In this document: one piece after another, positions 17,856 to 28,451 of the stretch | Position numbering within the stretch: position 1 is the stretch's first letter | Layout: each line of letters opens with the position of its first letter | NCBI GenBank assembly: GCA_012518885.1 | Contig: JAAYRG010000116.1 | Span: 1-44,117, forward strand | DNA from: Clostridiales bacterium | GTDB lineage: Bacteria; Bacillota; Clostridia; Lachnospirales; Lachnospiraceae | Length of the DNA stretch: 44,117 nt | Reading direction: 5' to 3' | The notes under the pieces: model-generated | What the model saw: the letters and a program-made list of their open reading frames with translations, nothing else | Databases searched by the model: none | Told to the model about the DNA's origin: nothing | Program-made: the position numbers and the translations under genes

Positions 17856-20800
17856 AACCAATAAAATTAACTATGAGAGCCTTTGGACCCTATTCAGGAG
17901 AAACAGTTGTTGATTTTGAAAAATTTGGATCAAGTGGACTTTTTCTTGTATCGGGGGATACTGGAGCAGGTAAAACTACAATATTTGATGCTATTTCCTA
18001 TGCCCTTTTTGATAAGACAAGTGGTGAATCAAGGGGGATAAACTCTATAAGAAGTGACTTTGCTGATGAAGAAACCTTCACAGAGGTAGAGTTTGTCTTT
18101 ACCCATAAAGATGAGGTATATACAGTTAGGAGATATCCTGACCAAATGCGAAAGGGTAAGAGGGTAGACCGACTAGTAAGACAAACAAAGGGTGTATCCC
18201 TTATTATGCCAGATGGAAGAGAAATTGATTCTCTAACTGAGGCTAATAATACAATTACTGAAATTCTAGGTGGTCTAGGTTATGACCAGTTTAAGCAAAT
18301 CTCTATGATAGCCCAAGGGGAATTCTTAGACTTATTGTTAGCTGATAATGATAAAAGAAATGATATAATGCAAAGGGTTTTTAATACTAGTTTTTATAAG
18401 AGTGTTGCAGAGCTACTAAGAACTAAGGAAGCTGACCTAAAAGACCAAACGAATTCAATCACCAACTTAATAAAACAAGCCATAGGAGATATTAGGTGTG
18501 ATGTGGAATCAGAGTATTATGAAGAGATAAATATATATAAACAAGAACAGGATGTTTATAAAACTGATAAAGTCATTGAATGCCTAGATAAAATTATAGA
18601 ACAAGACCAGGAACACCTTAGTACCATAAAAGATAAGTTAGAAGAAATCTCTACTAACCAATTAAGGCTATCCAAAGAAGAAGAAAATGGTAAAAGAATA
18701 AACAAAGAGATTGAAGAAAGAGAAGAATTAGAGAAGAAGCAACAAGAGTTAGAACAAAAAGAACCAGAAATTAAGGCTTTAAACGAAAAGGCTAATCTAG
18801 GTCAGTATGCCTTATCAAACATTAAACCCTCTGAAGCAAATAAAAATACAAAAGAACAGTCTAAAAAAGACATAGAAGTTAAGATAAGAAACAATAAAGT
18901 ACAATTGTCAGCCCTTTATGAAGATTTTAAAAAGGCTAAAGAAGCATACAAGGTTGAACTAGGCAAGGATGACTATAGGAAAGAAGTAAATGCTAAAATA
19001 GTAGACCTAAAAAAGAGTTTAGACAAGTACAGTAAGTTAGAAAGCTTTATTATTGAAAAAAGTAAAAAAGAAAGCAACTATAAGACTATAAAAGAGAAAA
19101 TAACTAAAGAGAATAGTCAACTAACTAGACTTAACAAAGAGGAGAAGGCACTACTGGAAGAAATCGAGAAGTTAAAAAACAGTCCAGTTGAGGAAGAAAA
19201 ATACAGAAATTTATTAGAAAAAGAAATAGCCAACAAAAAGAAACTTGATGATTTAATTAAAACTGTAAAGGCCCTTATCCTATTAGAACAAAAGTCTGAA
19301 AAAGCGAAAAAAGACTTTATTAAGGCTCAAGAAGCATATTCAAAGAGTAGGAATGAGTATGAAGAAAAGCAAAACATTTTCCTAAGGGAACAAGCAGGAA
19401 TACTAGCTCAGAACCTTAAAGATAATGAGCCATGTCTTGTTTGTGGTTCGGTTAATCATCCAAATCCGGCCATTTTACAAAAGGATGCTCCTACTGAGGC
19501 AGAACTAAACCAGTTAAATGATAGAACTAGTGAGCTACTTAGTCTTATGCAAGATGCTAGTAAAAGGTCAGGAGACCTTATTAAGGAACTAGATACAAGG
19601 CTAGAAAGTCTAAGTCATACCTTGCTAGATTACAACATAGAAGCAGATATATGTGATTTAAGAAAGACTTATGACTTGCTTCTTGGTTTAGATAAGGACT
19701 TTGGTACTAAGATACTAGAAATACAAGACCAGTATAAGATTATAAAGGCTCAAGTTAAAAGACTAGAGGAAGCCAATAAAAATCTAGAAAAGATTAAGGA
19801 AGGCCTTGAAACAACACAAGTAAGTCTTGAAAAACTAGGCAAGGAAAAGAATGAACTTGAAATATACTTATCAAATATTAACTATTGTATAGATAGTATA
19901 AGTAAGGAGCTAGAATTCCCTTCTCTTGATGTAGCAAGGACAAGACTCTTAGAATTAGAAACAGAACAAAAGGACTTAGAGAAAAAACTTGAAAAGGCAC
20001 AAGATAGCTACCATAAACTGTACACAGACCTTAGTACAACCAAGAAAATTCTTGAAGAGAATGAAGAGTCGCTAAAATTAATTAGTAATCAACTTGAAAA
20101 AGCAATAGATGAGTATTTGAAAGTTATTAAAGAATCGCCTTTAAAAGATGAAGAAACTTATTATAACCATCTTTTTAGTCAAAAAGAAATTGATGCAATG
20201 AAGAAGATTTGTAGCGATTACTTAATTGACAAGGAAAACAACCTGACTAGGCTCAGTATTTTAAGGGATACTACTAGGGACAAGGTTAAGGTAAATCTAG
20301 ATGAACTTAGACTAGGATTAGAGAAATTAAAGGAAGAAAGAAAAAAGGCTGAGGAGAAGTATACCTTAATCTATAGTAGGATTGAAAGAAATTTAGAAAT
20401 AAAAGGCGAACTTTTTAAAAGAAATAAAGAGAGGCTGGTTAAAACTGAAGAATATCTTGATGTTGCAAGGCTCTCAAGAACTGCCAATGGTAGGCTAGAA
20501 GGTAAGCAAAAGATTACATTTGAGACCTATATACAGGCTGCATATTTTGTAGAAATAGTAAAAAAAGCAAATGAACGTTTCTATAAGATGTCAGGAAAGA
20601 GATACCAAATATTAAGGAAAGAAGATGGCAACATACAAAGATTTACTGGACTAGAACTTGATATTCTAGATAAGTGGACAGGAAAAATTAGAGATGTAAG
20701 GTCCTTATCTGGTGGTGAATCCTTTATGGCAGCTCTTTCACTGGCCCTTGGATTTTCAGATGTTATCCAAAGCTATTCTGGTGGAATAGAAATTGATACC

Positions 20801-21028
20801 CTATTTGTTGATGAAGGTTTTGGTTCCCTTGATTCTAATTCCCTAGAACAAGCCATAGGTACCTTAGCAGCCCTAACAAGTGGCAATAGGCTAGTGGGTA
20901 TTATTTCCCATGTTGATGAGTTAAAGGAGAAAATACCTAACCAAATAGTTGTAAAAAAGGGTATTAATGGTAGTTATATTGATGAAATAAGGTATGAACA
21001 TAAACTATCAAATATCAATGAAAAATAG
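17852..21028 (+). CDS. sbcC: Exonuclease SbcCD, ATPase subunit C (Rad50-like)
   Basis: 1058 aa. Walker A GDTGAGKTT, a long K/E-rich coiled coil with a central CxxC zinc hook (CLVCGS), signature LSGGE and Walker B LFVDEGFG. The TTG start overlaps the sbcD stop, with a GGGGGTGG RBS. Confidence 0.92.
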   Translation: MKPIKLTMRAFGPYSGETVVDFEKFGSSGLFLVSGDTGAGKTTIFDAISYALFDKTSGESRGINSIRSDFADEETFTEVEFVFTHKDEVYTVRRYPDQMRKGKRVDRLVRQTKGVSLIMPDGREIDSLTEANNTITEILGGLGYDQFKQISMIAQGEFLDLLLADNDKRNDIMQRVFNTSFYKSVAELLRTKEADLKDQTNSITNLIKQAIGDIRCDVESEYYEEINIYKQEQDVYKTDKVIECLDKIIEQDQEHLSTIKDKLEEISTNQLRLSKEEENGKRINKEIEEREELEKKQQELEQKEPEIKALNEKANLGQYALSNIKPSEANKNTKEQSKKDIEVKIRNNKVQLSALYEDFKKAKEAYKVELGKDDYRKEVNAKIVDLKKSLDKYSKLESFIIEKSKKESNYKTIKEKITKENSQLTRLNKEEKALLEEIEKLKNSPVEEEKYRNLLEKEIANKKKLDDLIKTVKALILLEQKSEKAKKDFIKAQEAYSKSRNEYEEKQNIFLREQAGILAQNLKDNEPCLVCGSVNHPNPAILQKDAPTEAELNQLNDRTSELLSLMQDASKRSGDLIKELDTRLESLSHTLLDYNIEADICDLRKTYDLLLGLDKDFGTKILEIQDQYKIIKAQVKRLEEANKNLEKIKEGLETTQVSLEKLGKEKNELEIYLSNINYCIDSISKELEFPSLDVARTRLLELETEQKDLEKKLEKAQDSYHKLYTDLSTTKKILEENEESLKLISNQLEKAIDEYLKVIKESPLKDEETYYNHLFSQKEIDAMKKICSDYLIDKENNLTRLSILRDTTRDKVKVNLDELRLGLEKLKEERKKAEEKYTLIYSRIERNLEIKGELFKRNKERLVKTEEYLDVARLSRTANGRLEGKQKITFETYIQAAYFVEIVKKANERFYKMSGKRYQILRKEDGNIQRFTGLELDILDKWTGKIRDVRSLSGGESFMAALSLALGFSDVIQSYSGGIEIDTLFVDEGFGSLDSNSLEQAIGTLAALTSGNRLVGIISHVDELKEKIPNQIVVKKGINGSYIDEIRYEHKLSNINEK

Positions 21029-21078
21029 TAACACTCCTTTAAATAAGTAATAGTAACAATTAAACACAACAATATAAC

Positions 21079-21120
21079 GATGGACTACTTTAAATTGACT
21101 GAAGTAGCCCATCTTTTTTT
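21079..21120 (+). terminator. Rho-independent terminator after sbcC
   Basis: GATGGACTACTT / AAGTAGCCCATC stem (one mismatch) followed by an 8-nt T-run. Confidence 0.8.
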
Positions 21121-21229
21121 GTGGGAAAAATTTGAATAAACTGCATATTTAAAGAGATAATGGAGAATTTAATAAGGAATGATTTTTTTAAAGGCTAATA
21201 ACTTAGAAATATTGAAAGGAGTAGGGACT

Positions 21230-21454
21230 ATGAAAAACAAACATAATAAAGAAAAGAATGTTAGTTCTTCTTCTAATGACCAGCTAACCGGTCTTGATAA
21301 CAAAAGACTAACTAAGAAAGAGCCTAGTCATAATGAGGGTACGGCTGCATGGGCAAATGATGAGAAGTTACAAGACAGAACCAACGTTCTTATACCATCT
21401 GATTATAGTGTGAATAAGGCAAAAAATTGGGTTGATAATGGAAGTCAGACCTAA
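21230..21454 (+). CDS. Small hydrophilic hypothetical protein (74 aa), possibly of the DUF3787-like spore-associated family
   Basis: GGAG RBS 8 nt upstream of the ATG at 21230; the ORF-track start at 21179 has no RBS. The motif TAAWAN…IPS…AKNWVD matches my recollection of a small clostridial spore-surface family, but this is unverified. Confidence 0.6.
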   Translation: MKNKHNKEKNVSSSSNDQLTGLDNKRLTKKEPSHNEGTAAWANDEKLQDRTNVLIPSDYSVNKAKNWVDNGSQT

Positions 21455-21547
21455 TAGTAAAGAAGATTATTATATATTAAAAATAAGTAGCAATAAAAAG
21501 TGTAATATAAACAAATAGTTACGAAAAAGAAAGGTTTGGTAAGGAAT

Positions 21548-24500
21548 ATGTCAAAAATTCAAATGACCGTTGATGGTAATACTGCGGCGGCATATGTTTC
21601 CTATGCTTTTACAGATGTAGCTGCTATTTATCCAATTACACCATCATCTACTATGGCAGAGATTGTAGATGAATGGTCAGCAAATGGCCGTAAGAATATA
21701 TTCGGTCAAGAAGTTCAGGTTGTTGAGATGCAATCAGAAGCAGGAGCAGCTGGGGCCTTTCATGGGGCACTTCAATCAGGAGCCTTAGCTACTACTTATA
21801 CAGCTTCACAAGGGCTTCTACTTATGATTCCTAATATGTATAAGGTCTCAGGAGAATTACTACCAGGGGTATTCCATGTAAGTGCAAGGGCTATTGCCTC
21901 CCATGCCCTTAGTATATTTGGAGACCACCAGGATGTTATGGCTGTTAGGCAAACAGGTTGTGCCATGCTTGCATCAGGTTCAGTTCAAGAAGTAATGGAT
22001 ATAGCTCCTATTGCCCACCTAGCAGCTATTAAGGGCCGCCTGCCCTTTGTTCATTTCTTCGATGGCTTTAGGACTTCCCATGAGATGCAAAAGGTTGAAG
22101 CCCTAGAATATGCAGATTATGAGAGTCTGTTAGATAAGGATGCCCTAAAGGAGTTTAGGGATAGGGCCCTATCGCCTAATAGGCCTGTCTTTAGAGGGAC
22201 AGCCCAAAATCCTGATATCTATTTCCAAAACCGTGAGGCAAGTAACCCCTACTACACCAACATAGTTCCTGTAGTAGAAGAATACATGAAGAAGATATCA
22301 GACTTAACAGGAAGAGAATACAAGCTCTTTGACTACTACGGGGCAGAGGATGCTAAGTATGTTATTATTGCCATGGGTTCAGTTACCCAGACCATTGAAG
22401 AAGTTATAGATTACTTTAACCAGCAAGGAGAAAAGTATGGTTTAGTAAAGGTACGTTTGTTTAGACCTTTTAGTGTAGACCATTTAAGGAATACTATTCC
22501 AAAGTCAGTAGAAAAAATCGCAGTCCTTGATAGGACTAAAGAACCAGGAGCTATAGGGGAACCCCTTTATGAAGATGTCTGTACTGCATTTGCTAATATT
22601 GATGGGGCACCTATTATAATTGGTGGTAGATATGGTCTAGGTTCTAAGAATACAACTCCTCTTGATATAGCAGCAGTGTATGACAATCTAAAGGATAAGA
22701 ATTCTAAAAATGGCTTTACTATTGGTATTGTAGACGACTTAACAAATACATCCCTAAGTATTAACAAGTCACTAAATATTGAACCTGAAGGCTTAATCTC
22801 ATGTAAGTTTTGGGGACTTGGGTCTGATGGTACAGTAGGTTCTAATAAGCAAGCCATCAAAATTATTGGAAACAATACAAATATGCATGTTCAGGCATAC
22901 TTTGATTATGATTCTAAAAAGTCAGGTGGTCTTACTGTTTCCCACCTTCGCTTTGGAAATAGACCTATAAAGTCCACATATCTCATTGAAAATGCAGACT
23001 ATATCGCCTGTCATAATCAATCTTATGTAAATAAATATGATATTTTAGATGATATTAAGCCTGGTGGTACCTTTGTCCTTAATTGTAGTTGGTCAGATAA
23101 GGAATTAGAAGATAAGCTACCAGCATCCTATAAGCGAGTGATTGCAAAGAAAAAGGTTAATTTTTATACTATTGATGCAGTAGGCATAGCTAGGGAAATA
23201 GGACTTGGTAACCGAATTAACATGGTTATGCAAGGGGCCTTCTTTAAATTACTTGATTTATTACCAGAAGAAGTATTCATTAAGGAGTTAAAAGATGCTG
23301 TAGTTAGTTCCTATTCAAGGAAAGGCGAAAATGTTGTAAAAATGAACTTTGAGTCAATAGAAAGAGGAGTTTCTAGTGTACACAAGGTTAATGTGCCTGA
23401 CCATTGGATTGATGCAAAAGACGAGGAAGATAACGACATTAAAGAAGCGGATTATGTGGCTAAAATAATGAGACCAATGGAAAGGCAAAAGGGCAATGAC
23501 CTACCAGTAAGCGTATTTAAGGATAGGGCAGATGGTACATTCCCATCTGGTTCTACGGCCTATGAAAAGAGAGGAATAGCCACTGTGGTACCAGAATGGA
23601 TTGATGAAAACTGTATCCAGTGTAACCAATGTTCCTATGTCTGTCCTCATGCTGTTATTAGACCATTCTTATTAAGTGAGGATGAGGCCTTAAGGGCACC
23701 TGAGTCTTTTGTAACTATTGATGCCAAAGGTGGAAATCTTCAAGGATTAAAATATAGAATCCAGATTAGCACTATGGACTGTACTGGTTGTGGCAACTGT
23801 GCTGATATTTGTCCAGCACCAGGTAAGGCACTTGTTATGAAGCCAATTGAAACCCAGGTAGATAAACAAGTTGACAACTGGCTCTATGCTACTACAGAAG
23901 TAGAATACAAGAAAGATATTGTTTTCAAACCAACATTTAAAGAAAGTCAGTTTAAGGAACCTTTATTAGAGTTTTCTGGAGCATGTGCTGGATGTGGTGA
24001 AACACCATATATTAAGCTAATTACACAATTATTTGGTGAAAGAATGATGATTGCCAATGCTACAGGATGTTCATCTATATGGGCAGCATCAGCTCCATCA
24101 ACTGCATATACAACCAATTATGAGGGCAAGGGACCAGCTTGGGCTAATTCGCTCTTTGAAGATAATGCTGAGTTTGGATTTGGTATGTATCTTGGCGTTA
24201 AGCAAATAAGAGAGAAAATTGAAGATAGTATTAACGGACTTATTAAGCTTAATATAGATGATAAAGTTAAAGAGGTACTAATAGACTGGATTCATTATAA
24301 GGAAGATGGTGAAACATCAAAGGTTGTTAGTCAAAAGGTAATTAGTGTATTAGAAAACTATAAGCCAGAAAGCAAACAAAAAGAAAGGCTAGTTAAAGAA
24401 ATACTTGATAGGAAGGATTATCTAGTAAAGAGGTCCCACTGGATAATTGGTGGGGATGGTTGGGCTTATGACATTGGTTATGGTGGCCTTGACCACGTAT

Positions 24501-25078
24501 TAGCCTCAGGTGAAGATATTAACGTATTAGTATTCGATACAGAAATATATTCTAACACAGGAGGCCAAGCATCCAAGTCTACACCTAAGGCTGCAGTTGC
24601 AAAGTTTGCAAGTTCAGGAAAGAAAACAGGTAAAAAAGACCTGGGTAGGATGATGATGACCTATGGCAATGTATATGTTGCCCAGGTGGGAATCAATGCA
24701 AATAATAACCAACTCTATAGGGCCTTAAAAGAGGCTGAAAGTTATAAGGGTCCTTCTCTAATAATTGCCTATGCACCTTGTATTAGCCATGGTATCAAGG
24801 TAGGTATGGGCAAGTCCATGGATACAATTAAGAAGGCTGTAGAATGTGGTTATTGGCATCTTTATAGATACAATCCTGATCTTAAAAAAGATGGGAAGAA
24901 TCCGTTTATACTTGACTCTAAAGAACCAAAGGGTGAATTTAGAGACTTCTTGATGGGTCAAGTAAGATACTCATCTTTAGAGAAGGCCTTCCCTGAACAA
25001 GCTAAAGAATTATTTGATAAGGCAGAAGCAGATGCTAGGGAAAGGTATGAAACCTATAAAATAATGGCTAGTCTCTAA
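21548..25078 (+). CDS. nifJ: Pyruvate:ferredoxin (flavodoxin) oxidoreductase, single-chain
   Basis: About 1176 aa. Two ferredoxin-type clusters (CIQCNQCSYVCP and CTGCGNCADICP) and the TPP motif GGDGWAYDIGYGG. I prefer the ATG at 21548 (MSKIQMTVDGN) over the track's TTG at 21536. Confidence 0.95.
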   Translation: MSKIQMTVDGNTAAAYVSYAFTDVAAIYPITPSSTMAEIVDEWSANGRKNIFGQEVQVVEMQSEAGAAGAFHGALQSGALATTYTASQGLLLMIPNMYKVSGELLPGVFHVSARAIASHALSIFGDHQDVMAVRQTGCAMLASGSVQEVMDIAPIAHLAAIKGRLPFVHFFDGFRTSHEMQKVEALEYADYESLLDKDALKEFRDRALSPNRPVFRGTAQNPDIYFQNREASNPYYTNIVPVVEEYMKKISDLTGREYKLFDYYGAEDAKYVIIAMGSVTQTIEEVIDYFNQQGEKYGLVKVRLFRPFSVDHLRNTIPKSVEKIAVLDRTKEPGAIGEPLYEDVCTAFANIDGAPIIIGGRYGLGSKNTTPLDIAAVYDNLKDKNSKNGFTIGIVDDLTNTSLSINKSLNIEPEGLISCKFWGLGSDGTVGSNKQAIKIIGNNTNMHVQAYFDYDSKKSGGLTVSHLRFGNRPIKSTYLIENADYIACHNQSYVNKYDILDDIKPGGTFVLNCSWSDKELEDKLPASYKRVIAKKKVNFYTIDAVGIAREIGLGNRINMVMQGAFFKLLDLLPEEVFIKELKDAVVSSYSRKGENVVKMNFESIERGVSSVHKVNVPDHWIDAKDEEDNDIKEADYVAKIMRPMERQKGNDLPVSVFKDRADGTFPSGSTAYEKRGIATVVPEWIDENCIQCNQCSYVCPHAVIRPFLLSEDEALRAPESFVTIDAKGGNLQGLKYRIQISTMDCTGCGNCADICPAPGKALVMKPIETQVDKQVDNWLYATTEVEYKKDIVFKPTFKESQFKEPLLEFSGACAGCGETPYIKLITQLFGERMMIANATGCSSIWAASAPSTAYTTNYEGKGPAWANSLFEDNAEFGFGMYLGVKQIREKIEDSINGLIKLNIDDKVKEVLIDWIHYKEDGETSKVVSQKVISVLENYKPESKQKERLVKEILDRKDYLVKRSHWIIGGDGWAYDIGYGGLDHVLASGEDINVLVFDTEIYSNTGGQASKSTPKAAVAKFASSGKKTGKKDLGRMMMTYGNVYVAQVGINANNNQLYRALKEAESYKGPSLIIAYAPCISHGIKVGMGKSMDTIKKAVECGYWHLYRYNPDLKKDGKNPFILDSKEPKGEFRDFLMGQVRYSSLEKAFPEQAKELFDKAEADARERYETYKIMASL

Positions 25079-25128
25079 AATGAATAAATTTTAGAGTTTA
25101 AATACTAGAATTAAAATAATTACTATGA

Positions 25129-25171
25129 GCAGTTAGAAAGCATAAATTATGCTAATAGGCTTTCTAACTGC
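25129..25171 (+). terminator. Stem-loop terminator after PFOR
   Basis: 13-bp perfect stem GCAGTTAGAAAGC / GCTTTCTAACTGC with a 17-nt loop. The T-tract after it is weak. Confidence 0.6.
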
Positions 25172-25406
25172 ATTTACATAGAATATAGAAGAGTCAGGGT
25201 CTTGTAAAATACAGGTTAAAACTTTAACAAATCAATTATTTATACACAAAATATACATCTATTTCAAGTTTTTTAGTCTTTAAGGTTCACAAAACAGAAA
25301 ATATGTATTATATTAGTAGGTGTGATAAATTATTTATTACCTATTAATTTATATTTGCAAATTAATGGAACTACTAATTACGATTACTTATAAAATGGAG
25401 GAAGAT

Positions 25407-26567
25407 ATGTATCAAGAACAAATAGAAAAAGCTAAAGAACATTTTGGTAAGCTTTTAGAAGAACAACTTCAAAGAGTTGAAGCAATGAAAAATGAAGGAG
25501 ATTTCCTTGACTACAAAAGTCTTGATAAGATTATTGTAGGAGTTTGTGGTGGGGACGGGATTGGACCTGCAATTACAGGACAAGCTCAAAGGGTTCTTGA
25601 ATATTTACTTGATGAGGATGTTAAGGCTGGTAAGGTTGAATTTAGGACAATTGATGGTCTTACCATTGAGAGAAGGGCGGCAGAAAATGTTGCTATTCCA
25701 GCTGACGTTTTAGAAGAGTTAAAGGAATGTCATGTTATTCTTAAAGGGCCAACAACTACTCCAAGGAAGGGTGATCCATGGCCAAACGTTGAGAGTGCAA
25801 ATGTTGCAATGAGAAAGGAATTAGACCTATTTGCTAACGTTAGACCTGTTAATATACCAGAAGAAGGAATCGACTGGACTTTCTTTAGGGAGAATACAGA
25901 AGGTTCTTATGCAGTTGGTAGCAAGGGTATCAATGTTACAGGAGATTTAGGAATAGACTTTACAGTAGTTACTTCACAAGGAACTGAAAGAATTATCCGT
26001 GCTGCATTTGAATATGCAAAGGCTAATGGAAAAACAAGAGTAACAGCAGTTACAAAAGCAAATATAATTAAAACAACAGATGGTAAATTCTTAGATTTCT
26101 TCTATAACATAGCAAAAGATTATCCAGGTATTGAAGCTGATGACTGGTATATTGATATTATGACTGCTAAGTTAGTAGATGAAAAACGTAGAAAAGACTT
26201 CCAGGTAATGGTACTACCTAACCTTTATGGTGATATCCTAACTGATGAAGCTGCTGAATTCCAAGGCGGTGTAGGTACAGCTGGAAGTGCCAATTTAGGT
26301 AAGAGATATGCTATGTTTGAGGCTATTCATGGTTCAGCTCCCAGAATGGTTGACGAGGGAAGAGATATTTATGCAGACCCTTCAAGTGTTATTAGGGCAG
26401 GTGCTATGCTACTAGGACATATAGGCTATAATGAAGAAGCAAACAAGCTTTACAAGGCTCTAGAAATCTGTAGTAGTGAGAAAAAACTAGTTATAACTGG
26501 TAGAGATACAGGTGCAACTAGTGCAGAATATGCAGACTATATTATGGAAACTATTGAAAAGCTATAA
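25407..26567 (+). CDS. Isocitrate/isopropylmalate dehydrogenase family protein (likely NAD(P)-isocitrate dehydrogenase)
   Basis: Family motifs GGDGIGPAI and NLYGDILTD. GGAGG at 25398-25402 favours the ATG at 25407 (MYQEQIEK) over the track start at 25365. Confidence 0.85.
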   Translation: MYQEQIEKAKEHFGKLLEEQLQRVEAMKNEGDFLDYKSLDKIIVGVCGGDGIGPAITGQAQRVLEYLLDEDVKAGKVEFRTIDGLTIERRAAENVAIPADVLEELKECHVILKGPTTTPRKGDPWPNVESANVAMRKELDLFANVRPVNIPEEGIDWTFFRENTEGSYAVGSKGINVTGDLGIDFTVVTSQGTERIIRAAFEYAKANGKTRVTAVTKANIIKTTDGKFLDFFYNIAKDYPGIEADDWYIDIMTAKLVDEKRRKDFQVMVLPNLYGDILTDEAAEFQGGVGTAGSANLGKRYAMFEAIHGSAPRMVDEGRDIYADPSSVIRAGAMLLGHIGYNEEANKLYKALEICSSEKKLVITGRDTGATSAEYADYIMETIEKL

Positions 26568-26600
26568 TAAAGATTAGTTCAATATAATAGAGATATTTAT

Positions 26601-26639
26601 AAAGGATAGGGTAGGTCTATAGACTTTACCCTATCCTTT
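26601..26639. terminator. Bidirectional terminator shared by the convergent dehydrogenase and kinase genes
   Basis: AAAGGATAGGGTA / TACCCTATCCTTT 13-bp stem followed by a T-run. The 3' arm overlaps the kinase stop codon. Confidence 0.75.
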
Positions 26640-28451
26640 ATTTTTTAGGTTGGCTGGAATATTAATTTCAACTTCAGTTCCTACTCCCTCTGTACTTCTA
26701 TATACGAGGCCCTTGGTCTGGTTATAAAAGAGTTGCAATCTCTTATTTATATTATAAATTGCCACATTACTTCCTGTACTACTAGCTCCCTTACAACTTA
26801 AGATGTTACTTATTTTTTTAGGGGACATGCCAATGCCATCATCTGAGACAATAAGGGTAATTCTATTGTCTTCCATCCAGCCCATTATTATGATGCAACC
26901 TTCTTTTGATTCCTTGGCTAAAATCCCATGCTGGATTGAATTTTCTACTATAGGTTGCAAAATAATATTAGGAACCTCGTAATCTAGGAGTTCATCAGGT
27001 ATGTCAATAATAAAATCAATTTTGTCTTCAAAACGCATATTTTGGAGTTTTACATATAACGAAACATGGTTTAACTCCTCCCTAAGGGTTACAGTATTAT
27101 TGCCCTTATTTAGGGTTAACTTATAGAACTTGGACATAGACTGGATTGCTTCATTAACCTTCTTGTGTTCTCCCTTGTTAGATAGCCAGCTAATCATATC
27201 AAGGGTATTGTATAGAAAGTGAGGGTTGATTTGTGCCTGCAAGGCCTTAAATTCGGACTTTCTAAGTTCTTTTGCCGAGTTTTCTATGTCAACTAAGAGG
27301 TTGTTTATCCTTTCTATCATATAATTATATGTATTTATTAGGTCGCCTATTTCATCATCACCCTGATAGATATCAAGTTTTTTTGGAACAGTTATACTAA
27401 ATAGGTTCATTTGGTTAATAACAGAAGAAATTCGCTTTACTATAGTGTTTGATATAAAAAAGGCCATATATAAAATTAGTATGGTAGTAAGAGCATAAAC
27501 AAATAGTATTCGAAATAGGGTTATTCTGCTTTCTGCTAAGATATCATTAGCAGAGATGGCTGATATCATATACCATGGAGTACCCTGAATCCTATTATAA
27601 GACAAGTATATTCTTTCAAAAGCCCATGTTTTTGAAGTAAATGTAGATGTTTTACCAATGTATTCAACCACATCTTTATATTTTAATAAATACCTACCAA
27701 CCATAATAGGATTAGTTGAAGATACAAGGGTATCCCGATTGTCAATTAGGTAGGTAACACTATTAGCAAATTTAATGTTTTCCTCTAAGACTGATTGAAC
27801 TGATGCTTCACTAAAGTAGGCAGCAAGATAAATTGCTGGCTCATTAGAATTAGTATAGGGCAGCTTATATATAATTGCGTAATCACCTAAGTTGACTCTT
27901 TCAGCTGGTGTAAGGTAGAGGCTTGGACATACTAGATAGTTTATGTTTTTACTAGAGAAAATTCCGTGCCAATAGGATGGTTTAATGTTTTTTAGTGGTC
28001 TTAAGACATTATATTTTATTGAATCTTGTTGTAAAAGGCTACTAAAGGGCTCGTCAATATATACTCTGATATTCTTTATAGGTGTGTCTTGGTCTATATA
28101 GGTCTTAGCCTGCAAAAGAAAGTCATTAAACTCTTCTTTATTAAGTTTGCTATTATCAATATTAGCACCATCTAAATTTAAGTTTTTTATAAATGGATGT
28201 TTGCTTATGGAATCTAAGGCCTCATCAATTTGTCCTATAATATCTTCAACTTTTTCTTTCTTTTGCATTGAAAGTGCTTGTTCATTGTAAATAGTATCGT
28301 TTAAAATTTTACTAGTTAAGTGACCATATAGTATGGATATAAATAAAAGGGATGGAATAATAGCAATAATCAAGTGGGATATAAACATCTTGTTTTTTAA
28401 TTTTACATTATAAAGAAAATTAAAGGCTATATTCTTGCACATTCTAATCAT
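26631..28451 (-). CDS. Sensor histidine kinase, YesM/LytS-type (two TM helices, ~270-aa extracytoplasmic domain, HAMP, His_kinase, HATPase)
   Basis: 606 aa. H-box QINPHFLYNTL, ATPase motif DDGIGM, and TM helices around residues 22-44 and 305-330. The start overlaps the response-regulator stop (ATGA). Confidence 0.9.
   Translation of the reverse strand: MIRMCKNIAFNFLYNVKLKNKMFISHLIIAIIPSLLFISILYGHLTSKILNDTIYNEQALSMQKKEKVEDIIGQIDEALDSISKHPFIKNLNLDGANIDNSKLNKEEFNDFLLQAKTYIDQDTPIKNIRVYIDEPFSSLLQQDSIKYNVLRPLKNIKPSYWHGIFSSKNINYLVCPSLYLTPAERVNLGDYAIIYKLPYTNSNEPAIYLAAYFSEASVQSVLEENIKFANSVTYLIDNRDTLVSSTNPIMVGRYLLKYKDVVEYIGKTSTFTSKTWAFERIYLSYNRIQGTPWYMISAISANDILAESRITLFRILFVYALTTILILYMAFFISNTIVKRISSVINQMNLFSITVPKKLDIYQGDDEIGDLINTYNYMIERINNLLVDIENSAKELRKSEFKALQAQINPHFLYNTLDMISWLSNKGEHKKVNEAIQSMSKFYKLTLNKGNNTVTLREELNHVSLYVKLQNMRFEDKIDFIIDIPDELLDYEVPNIILQPIVENSIQHGILAKESKEGCIIIMGWMEDNRITLIVSDDGIGMSPKKISNILSCKGASSTGSNVAIYNINKRLQLFYNQTKGLVYRSTEGVGTEVEINIPANLKNKG

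Noticed and set aside
16707-21028. SbcCD as a possible phage-defence (SMC/Rad50-like) system
   Set aside because: It has the canonical sbcD-sbcC pair, with overlapping genes, all Mre11/Rad50 motifs and a zinc hook, in a housekeeping context. No extra partner genes typical of Lamassu- or Wadjet-type systems are present.
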